Virus record (IMG/VR): IMGVR_UViG_3300002144_000620
Span: 89,962-153,961 of that record
Direction: 5' to 3' (one strand)
DNA: 64,000 bases
DNA from: a virus
The position numbers and the translations under genes are program-made. Numbering within the stretch: position 1 is the stretch's first letter; every line of letters begins with the position of its first letter. Below the pieces are notes generated by a model that saw nothing but the letters and a program-made list of their open reading frames with translations, had not been told where the DNA came from and made no database searches. Positions 52,545-59,363 of this stretch are shown here, piece after piece.

Positions 52545-53018
52545 ATGGATAGGGGTAAACTAAACAAATTTATGGATTATTTTTCAAAACCTTTGAGTAT
52601 TGAACAAATTACTTATTTAAATACCATAAATAACATATCGTCTGAAAGAGTTGATTTATTCAGAGATTTTACATTATCGTTAACACACTTAATTAACGAC
52701 ACTTATCTTGGTGACGACACCATCACTACACATGAAGATCAAGTAAACCACTTTAATTGGTGTTGGGATAAGAATATAAATAATTTCGCCAAAGAAAATA
52801 TTTATTTACAATCAAAAGGTGAACACTATTATTATTATCTAACATACTTTACCGATTTTTATTATACTGACGACAAAAAAACCGATGCGTCATTTGATAA
52901 ACTATTAAATTTCTGGGATGAAACCATATCCATGGAGTTACCTAAAACAAAGTCCGATTACGACCTATTCGCAGAAATTCTCAATGTTATGGGTAAGTAT
53001 TTTTTAAATAACCATTGA
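52545..53018 (+). CDS. Hypothetical protein
   Basis: ORF with aromatic-rich helical composition. Confidence 0.75.
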   Translation: MDRGKLNKFMDYFSKPLSIEQITYLNTINNISSERVDLFRDFTLSLTHLINDTYLGDDTITTHEDQVNHFNWCWDKNINNFAKENIYLQSKGEHYYYYLTYFTDFYYTDDKKTDASFDKLLNFWDETISMELPKTKSDYDLFAEILNVMGKYFLNNH

Positions 53019-53045
53019 TAATACCGAATATTATTACTACTTTTA
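53014..53045 (+). promoter_or_regulatory. Degenerate -33/-7 promoter
   Basis: aTTG (53014-53017), 20 nt spacer, TACTTTTa (53038-53045). Confidence 0.45.
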
Positions 53046-53056
53046 TAAAAAAAGAT

Positions 53057-53266
53057 ATGGAAGTAATAATAACTTTGTTAAATAAAACCTTATTAGTGGT
53101 ACTAATATTCGCTACATTAACTATCGTAAGACACTTGTTTATGTTTTCGAGGGTAGTAACAAGCAATGAACCTAAAAAGTATAAACTAACAACCAGGGAA
53201 TTAATATTTTTTGGTTTGGCCATATCATATGTAATAACATGTATTATAAACGGTATTAAATTATGA
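53057..53266 (+). CDS. Small two-helix membrane protein
   Basis: Two hydrophobic stretches; ATG 53057 preferred downstream of the putative promoter. Confidence 0.65.
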   Translation: MEVIITLLNKTLLVVLIFATLTIVRHLFMFSRVVTSNEPKKYKLTTRELIFFGLAISYVITCIINGIKL

Positions 53267-53784
53267 ATATAGATCAAATGTTTAAAAAATACCCTGAAAA
53301 TTTAATTGGTTTTAGGGTTAATCAGAGTGTTAATATAATCGATTATTGGTTGGACCCTAATTGGTCAATATTGGATGAACACGTTGGTGGTGAAATACAA
53401 ATAAAAAAACAAAAAACTTCAGATGAAACTGGTTTTGTATATTACACAATGTATAGTGATTTAATTTCTTTAGATGGGTTATATAATGTATTATCTAAAA
53501 TAATTGAGTACAATATTGATTTACAAAGAAAACAACAGTTATTCACACAGAAAATGACTGAATTAAAAGATATTTTTGGTAAATTAGATTACGATGAACT
53601 AAGAAACTTATCCTTTGACACACCATCGATTATCACACCTAAAGCAACTGTAGATATTGTTGAATTTAATGATAATAAAACTGATGTGAAAGAAGAAATT
53701 ACATACGGTTATGAATTAGAAGAAGAAGAAGAAGAAGAATCTGACGAGGATTTAGTTATTGAAAACGATAGTGTAGAAAATTAA
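53263..53784 (+). CDS. Hypothetical protein with acidic tail
   Basis: ORF, ATGA overlap. Confidence 0.75.
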   Translation: MNIDQMFKKYPENLIGFRVNQSVNIIDYWLDPNWSILDEHVGGEIQIKKQKTSDETGFVYYTMYSDLISLDGLYNVLSKIIEYNIDLQRKQQLFTQKMTELKDIFGKLDYDELRNLSFDTPSIITPKATVDIVEFNDNKTDVKEEITYGYELEEEEEEESDEDLVIENDSVEN

Positions 53785-53789
53785 GATTA

Positions 53790-54146
53790 ATGACAACTAT
53801 ATCTTTAATATATTTTATTTTAATTTGTTACGGTATATCAACCATAATAGTACAAAGTAAGTTATTTAAACCTTTAAGAAAATTTATTAAAGGTAAGTCT
53901 ATCTTCTTAGGTACTTTAATCAAATGCATGATGTGTACTGGTTTTTGGGTTGGATTAGTAGTTAGTTTAGTTATTGGATTTTCGCCATCAGAAATATTAT
54001 ACACTAATTATATAAATCCCAATACACCAAATATACTAAGTTCATTTATATTTAGTATATTTGACGCATCTTTTGTATCTGGTATTGTATACCACATATA
54101 CATAATAGAATTATTAATTGAATCAAAATTACCTAATGACCAATAA
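53790..54146 (+). CDS. DUF1360-like membrane protein
   Basis: LFKPLR...LIKCMMCTGFWVG motif with hydrophobic helices. Confidence 0.65.
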   Translation: MTTISLIYFILICYGISTIIVQSKLFKPLRKFIKGKSIFLGTLIKCMMCTGFWVGLVVSLVIGFSPSEILYTNYINPNTPNILSSFIFSIFDASFVSGIVYHIYIIELLIESKLPNDQ

Positions 54147-54717
54147 CATAATTAATTTTTATAACGAATATCTAAAACATTTTAGTGTTAGTGACGCTAG
54201 CTCAGTTGGTTGGACAGATAAGGATAACCAATATACTAGATTTGATAAATTATTTGGTATTGGTATCACTAATGGTGATAAGATATTAGATTATGGTTGT
54301 GGGTTAGGACACCTAAACACATACATGTTAGAAAATGGGTTTAATGGTGTTAATTACTTTGGTATTGATATAAACCCTAATTACGTTAATGTCGCTAGAT
54401 CACTATATCCTGATAAACAAATATTTGTTGGCGATATAGAAACTATTGACGAAAGACATAGATTTGATTATGTTATTGGTTCTGGTGTATTTACAATAGA
54501 TATAACCGTATATGATGTTATTAATAAAATAACATTAGCTTACCATCTATCTAATAAAGGGGTGGCGTTTAATTTCCTTGATAAAGAAAGTGGGTTAGAA
54601 CCTTTATTAACATACGATAAAAATGTTATGGTCGAATCACTATCACATATTGGTAACGTAGAAATAATCGAAAATTATTTAGGTAATGAAGATTTTACTA
54701 TTTATATAAGAAAATAA
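54136..54717 (+). CDS. Class I SAM-dependent methyltransferase
   Basis: VGW...Q..RF, ILDYGCGLG, GIDIN, FDYVIGSGVF. Confidence 0.85.
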   Translation: MTNNIINFYNEYLKHFSVSDASSVGWTDKDNQYTRFDKLFGIGITNGDKILDYGCGLGHLNTYMLENGFNGVNYFGIDINPNYVNVARSLYPDKQIFVGDIETIDERHRFDYVIGSGVFTIDITVYDVINKITLAYHLSNKGVAFNFLDKESGLEPLLTYDKNVMVESLSHIGNVEIIENYLGNEDFTIYIRK

Positions 54718-54718
54718 T

Positions 54719-54925
54719 ATGATTGACGATAGAGCTTATAATAGTTATAAAAAAGAAATTGTAAAAGATAATGTAGAGATTAATCAGCATAAGAAAAACT
54801 ATGCTGATTTGGTTAAAACTACATTAGGTAGCGAAATTAATAATTTTAATAGTTATATTAAGAAAGAACCCAGCAAATGGGTTAAAATCAAAAATTATAT
54901 TTCAAAAGTATTTAAACATATATGA
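54719..54925 (+). CDS. Hypothetical protein
   Basis: ORF preceded by TATTTATA at 54699-54706. Confidence 0.65.
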   Translation: MIDDRAYNSYKKEIVKDNVEINQHKKNYADLVKTTLGSEINNFNSYIKKEPSKWVKIKNYISKVFKHI

Positions 54926-55140
54926 GATTAGAAAAAGTTAACGAGATGGCCAAAATCATCACCGAAAGTACTAGCAAAGGTTGTAATACCGAGGTTATTT
55001 TAACTATGGGTAATGATGAGCATGAAAGTTTACAACAAGAAGTATTTAAATTAATTAATAAAACAATAGTTGGTTACTCCTCTAAAAAAAATTTTGAGAT
55101 AATAATTAGTGACGTTAGATTTATCATTAAACAAAAATAA
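54922..55140 (+). CDS. Hypothetical protein
   Basis: ATGA-coupled ORF. Confidence 0.65.
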   Translation: MRLEKVNEMAKIITESTSKGCNTEVILTMGNDEHESLQQEVFKLINKTIVGYSSKKNFEIIISDVRFIIKQK

Positions 55141-55147
55141 ATAACCA

Positions 55148-55783
55148 ATGAGGTCTGGTTATAAAATATTATTGTATAACGCTGGTAAACGAATTAAATC
55201 GTTAGGTAAAGCAAAAATCTATTCAGACTGTATTAAAATATACGATAATCTATTGAAGGGGAACAAAATATTCTTCCCTAAATATTATAATTGGTTGGGT
55301 AAAGAAACTGACTACGAACTTGTATTAATAGGACCAAAGTCTGGTACCTCAATAAAACACTTTAGAAACGACCTAGGGGCACTTGTTAAAGTTAAAGCTT
55401 CTGGGGATTTTGTTGTTAAAAAGATTCAACCGTATGGTATTGAAGAACAATTTAAACACAAAAATAGTAATATCACATTTGATTTTAAGGGTTTAGTAAA
55501 AAACTTCTTAGCTAGCAATGAAACTAAAGTAATAATATCTATAAATAATAAATTAGTTATAGAATATTTTGAAAATGAAAATATCGATGTTTTTGTACTT
55601 AAGAATAGAGATGATTCACAACGTTTAAATAAGACTATAAAAGATTTTAGTTATTCAAATGGTTTAACTAACTTTATATTCTTTAATGATCCAGCCAAAG
55701 ACGCTATAAAACGCATATACGACCTATTAGAAGAAAATTACGGTATAGATAGGGTGTGGATGTCCAGAGTGTCCACAAGGTAA
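55148..55783 (+). CDS. Hypothetical basic protein
   Basis: 211-aa ORF. Confidence 0.75.
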   Translation: MRSGYKILLYNAGKRIKSLGKAKIYSDCIKIYDNLLKGNKIFFPKYYNWLGKETDYELVLIGPKSGTSIKHFRNDLGALVKVKASGDFVVKKIQPYGIEEQFKHKNSNITFDFKGLVKNFLASNETKVIISINNKLVIEYFENENIDVFVLKNRDDSQRLNKTIKDFSYSNGLTNFIFFNDPAKDAIKRIYDLLEENYGIDRVWMSRVSTR

Positions 55784-55784
55784 T

Positions 55785-55807
55785 AAAAAAGGCCCCTATC
55801 GGAGCCT
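55785..55807 (-). terminator. Terminator for the minus-strand gene (possibly bidirectional)
   Basis: On minus strand AGGCTCC-GATA-GGGGCCT followed by T run. Confidence 0.75.
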
Positions 55808-55813
55808 GTATTA

Positions 55814-56233
55814 TTAATGTACAATCCCAAATTCCTTTATTAACTCAAAGATAAGCTTTTGTGCCTTTTCGTAATGAGAATAAATTCTATTTTTCAATTT
55901 ATCGTCATCTTCTTTAGCAGCAACCTTACTTAAGATAGATTTAGCTTCCTCCATTTTATCTAAGTACTCCAATAACTCATGGGCACCTTTTAAATCTTTA
56001 ACACTAACAGTGTCGTCACCCATACTAGATTCATCACTACCATCAGTAAAGTCAAACTCGTCTTTAGGTGTGTATTCTATTCTTTTATCATCATCATCAC
56101 CTAAATCCTTACCTAAAATATCTTTCATCTCTTCTTCAGAGGGTAAATCCATGTCATCTTGCTCCATCTTAGCCATTTCTGACTCAGTAATCATTTTTAT
56201 TTGTTTTTCTGTGAAAATTACTCTTTTTCTCAT
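55814..56233 (-). CDS. Acidic hypothetical protein, possible internal head protein
   Basis: Only credible minus-strand gene; leader MRKRVIFTEKQIKMITES; TATTTAT on minus strand at 56281-56287; own terminator. Confidence 0.75.
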   Translation of the reverse strand: MRKRVIFTEKQIKMITESEMAKMEQDDMDLPSEEEMKDILGKDLGDDDDKRIEYTPKDEFDFTDGSDESSMGDDTVSVKDLKGAHELLEYLDKMEEAKSILSKVAAKEDDDKLKNRIYSHYEKAQKLIFELIKEFGIVH

Positions 56234-56306
56234 AATCTTATATATTTATATTTGAAGTCTTATTATACTCACAAGTAATAATAAATAGTCTAAAAAACCA
56301 AAAAAG

Positions 56307-56663
56307 ATGAAGGACTTCAGAATTAAGTTGGCTAATATGAATGATTTGTTCATTTGTAAATTTAGTGTTAGTGATTACGTAAATAATAAACTAAAGATAT
56401 ACTATATTTCACCAGATTCCGATCACGGATATTTAATTGTTAATCAGATACAAAATAGTGCTCATTTGCACGAGTGTACAATCGGTGAGCTATACGTTAA
56501 CGGTAAAACATCCAGTGTATTTGAAGATACGGAAACCGAAAAATTCGTAATAAATCGAAAGGATTTTAAAGATTTCGTGAACTATTACAATAGCTTACTA
56601 ACTTGGTGTAAAGGTGATATTATTGATATAGAAAAAAACTACGGGAATAATTTGGTGGTTTAA
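56307..56663 (+). CDS. Hypothetical protein
   Basis: ORF divergent from the minus-strand gene. Confidence 0.65.
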   Translation: MKDFRIKLANMNDLFICKFSVSDYVNNKLKIYYISPDSDHGYLIVNQIQNSAHLHECTIGELYVNGKTSSVFEDTETEKFVINRKDFKDFVNYYNSLLTWCKGDIIDIEKNYGNNLVV

Positions 56664-56682
56664 TTTATTATCCATATTTTTG
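56651..56682 (+). promoter_or_regulatory. Consensus Bacteroidota -33/-7 promoter
   Basis: TTTG (56651-56654), 20 nt spacer, TATTTTTG (56675-56682). Confidence 0.8.
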
Positions 56683-56686
56683 TCAA

Positions 56687-57007
56687 ATGAATGAGATAGA
56701 CAAATACTTAGATACAATAATACATTTGCTTGAGGGTGAAAACTTTTTTGAAAGAGCGGGTATTTTTATGGATCGTAATATATTAGCTAAATTCTTAACA
56801 GAAACCATAACTGAAAATTACGAAAAAAAAGGTTCACCTCTTTTGGAACCAAATCAATTACACGATATTATTGAGAGGGTTAATCATTTCATTATTGAAG
56901 AAACTATGGAAACTCTTGTTAAAGATGGTTTAATAAATATTGTTGGTATGAACGAGGATGGTGAATTTATTTACAAAAGTTCTGATGAGGACGATAACCT
57001 AAAATAA
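56687..57007 (+). CDS. Hypothetical protein
   Basis: ORF starting 5 nt after the -7 element. Confidence 0.7.
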   Translation: MNEIDKYLDTIIHLLEGENFFERAGIFMDRNILAKFLTETITENYEKKGSPLLEPNQLHDIIERVNHFIIEETMETLVKDGLINIVGMNEDGEFIYKSSDEDDNLK

Positions 57008-57013
57008 CTAACC

Positions 57014-58531
57014 ATGATTGATAATAAAAAAAATATATTCAAAACCGTTCAAGAGATTTTATATATTGATGGTATTAAGTGTTTAACGCAAGAAACATTT
57101 AACGAAGGTCTTAGTAAAAAATTACCAGCAATTGTAATTAGGAATACATCTATTATAGAGTATGATGATATTACAGGTAAATTATCGATTAAGAAGTACT
57201 TCATAAATAAGGTTGCTGAAAAGGTAATTTTTAAGAGTGGTTTTATTAGTTATAAACTAAAAATTAGGGGTAGATCGTATTCTAGTTTAACGCTAAATAA
57301 AAATAACACCGACTTCTCAATATACACTCTTAATGGTAATCGTAAACCATTTGTTAGGAAAAATCAAGTTAACGAACGTATCATTTACGAGATAAAAGAT
57401 ATGGTTAATAACGATACTATTGGTTGGGAGATGTTTAATATTTTAATTTCCAAACTCAATATAGGTAATAACACAATAAACGAAAATTTAATCACACCTA
57501 GTGATGCGTTAAAAAACTTAGTATTAGAAAGGTTTTTAAGTGGATACGGGTTGATTTACGACAAGTCAGATTTAGATCAAATAGCTATTGATTTTAGGTA
57601 TAATAAAAAACATTACCTTAATAAGAATATGAGTGCGTATTATTCTGACATGTTATGTATAGACGACCCAAAAATATTTAATTTTGTTAAATCTTATTTT
57701 AATGGGAATATTAACGGTTCATTTAATTATCTTATTCTATCACTATACAGTAATTTAGGTTATTCTTGGGAAGATTTTAATATTGATAACGGAGTTGGTA
57801 CTATATTAGATGATCTTTTAGAAAAGGATACATTTCAGAACCATGATGTATCTAACCTTACAGAAGTAAAAAATGATGCTAGTATGGTTAAAAAGACTAT
57901 ATTAAGATACGGTCGTGAGGTATTTGTTCATTTGATAGAGAACTCAAGATATAGTGGTAGAGCTGTTATTAGTTTAATTAAAAATTTAACACATATACAA
58001 GATCTTTACTCGGTATCATTTGAAAATAACCCTTATTTTCTCAAAAAAAAATACGCTATAGATTTTATTGATATAATTTCGAATGTATTGTACGAAACCA
58101 CACAAAAAACGGGTATATACCTACCAACTGAAGAGTTTGTTAAAATATGTAATAAAACATTACCTAGTGGTTATAAGGCCTCCGTTTCGTCACGAACTTC
58201 CACTGCAACTGCCATATCCGAAAGTAATGATAATATGTCCCGTGTTAAAATGTCTTTAACTAATAACAATCTACCTACACCCAATAGTATATATTTAGTT
58301 AAATACCCTAATTATAACAAACCAGATTTAACTTGGTCACTTACATTTTATTTAGAAACTAATTTAAAAAAGTCGTTAGATAATTTACTCATTAAAACTA
58401 ATAGAAAAAAGAGTTTGTTAGATTTTAAGGGCGTCTTTTCGATAAAAGAATTTGAAAAAGAACTTTTGCATCAAGTTGGTCAAAAAACATTTAATTCTTT
58501 TAAGAAATCAGTTGTTTATACCAATAATTAA
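57014..58531 (+). CDS. Hypothetical protein (505 aa)
   Basis: Long ORF; no motif recognised. Confidence 0.75.
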   Translation: MIDNKKNIFKTVQEILYIDGIKCLTQETFNEGLSKKLPAIVIRNTSIIEYDDITGKLSIKKYFINKVAEKVIFKSGFISYKLKIRGRSYSSLTLNKNNTDFSIYTLNGNRKPFVRKNQVNERIIYEIKDMVNNDTIGWEMFNILISKLNIGNNTINENLITPSDALKNLVLERFLSGYGLIYDKSDLDQIAIDFRYNKKHYLNKNMSAYYSDMLCIDDPKIFNFVKSYFNGNINGSFNYLILSLYSNLGYSWEDFNIDNGVGTILDDLLEKDTFQNHDVSNLTEVKNDASMVKKTILRYGREVFVHLIENSRYSGRAVISLIKNLTHIQDLYSVSFENNPYFLKKKYAIDFIDIISNVLYETTQKTGIYLPTEEFVKICNKTLPSGYKASVSSRTSTATAISESNDNMSRVKMSLTNNNLPTPNSIYLVKYPNYNKPDLTWSLTFYLETNLKKSLDNLLIKTNRKKSLLDFKGVFSIKEFEKELLHQVGQKTFNSFKKSVVYTNN

Positions 58532-58542
58532 CAGTAATATTG
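58511..58542 (+). promoter_or_regulatory. Degenerate -33/-7 promoter upstream of clpP
   Basis: gTTG (58511-58514), 20 nt spacer, TAATaTTG (58535-58542); shares TTGTACCATA with the SSB promoter. Confidence 0.6.
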
Positions 58543-58571
58543 TACCATATAAATTAAATAAAAATTAATAA

Positions 58572-59240
58572 ATGAATTTAGGAAAAGAGTTTAGTAAATA
58601 TGCTACAATGCATATGGGTATTAAGTCGGAATCGCTTAATAACTTCAGTAGTTCAATAACACCGTATATAATTGAAGAGAGAGAAATGAACGTAACTCAG
58701 ATGGATGTATTCTCACGTTTAATGATGGAGAGAGTAATCTTTTTGGGTACTGGTATAAATGATCAGGTTTCAAACATAGTACAAGCACAATTACTATTCT
58801 TAGAATCAATTGATAAAGAAGCTGGTATCCAAGTGTACATTAATTCACCTGGTGGTTCCGTATATTCTGGTTTAGGTATATATGACACGATACAGTATAT
58901 TAAACCAGAGGTATCAACCATATGTACTGGTTTAGCAGCATCAATGGCCGCTGTACTATTATGTGCTGGGGCGAAAGGTAAGAGATACGCATTACCACAT
59001 TCTAGGGTAATGATCCACCAACCATTAGGTGGTGCAGAAGGACAAGCTACTGATATAGAAATAACGGCAAGAGAAATTGGTAAATTAAAAAAAGAGTTAT
59101 ATGATATCATCTCTAATCACACTGGACAAAAATATGACAAGGTTTATGCTGACTCTGAGCGTGATTATTGGATGAAAGCTGATGAGGCTAAGAAATATGG
59201 TATGATAGACGCTGTAATGAGTCGAAAACAAAGTAAATAA
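58572..59240 (+). CDS. clpP: ATP-dependent Clp protease proteolytic subunit
   Basis: DVFSRL, YINSPGG, catalytic triad AASM / MIHQP / ERD. Confidence 0.97.
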   Translation: MNLGKEFSKYATMHMGIKSESLNNFSSSITPYIIEEREMNVTQMDVFSRLMMERVIFLGTGINDQVSNIVQAQLLFLESIDKEAGIQVYINSPGGSVYSGLGIYDTIQYIKPEVSTICTGLAASMAAVLLCAGAKGKRYALPHSRVMIHQPLGGAEGQATDIEITAREIGKLKKELYDIISNHTGQKYDKVYADSERDYWMKADEAKKYGMIDAVMSRKQSK

Positions 59241-59243
59241 TAG

Positions 59244-59273
59244 AAAAAACCATCTTTCGATGGTTTTTTTTTT
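59244..59273 (+). terminator. Rho-independent terminator
   Basis: AAAAAACCATC-TTTC-GATGGTTTTTT plus long T run. Confidence 0.85.
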
Positions 59274-59318
59274 ATAAATAAAAAACAAAAGATTGTAGAG
59301 TTTTATGTAATTAAGAAC

Positions 59319-59325
59319 TATTTAT
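59319..59325 (+). promoter_or_regulatory. TATTTAT putative late promoter of fibre genes
   Basis: Motif between terminator and ATG 59364. Confidence 0.55.
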
Positions 59326-59363
59326 TAAGAGTAATAATAAACTCGTAGAAATTTAAACGTTAA

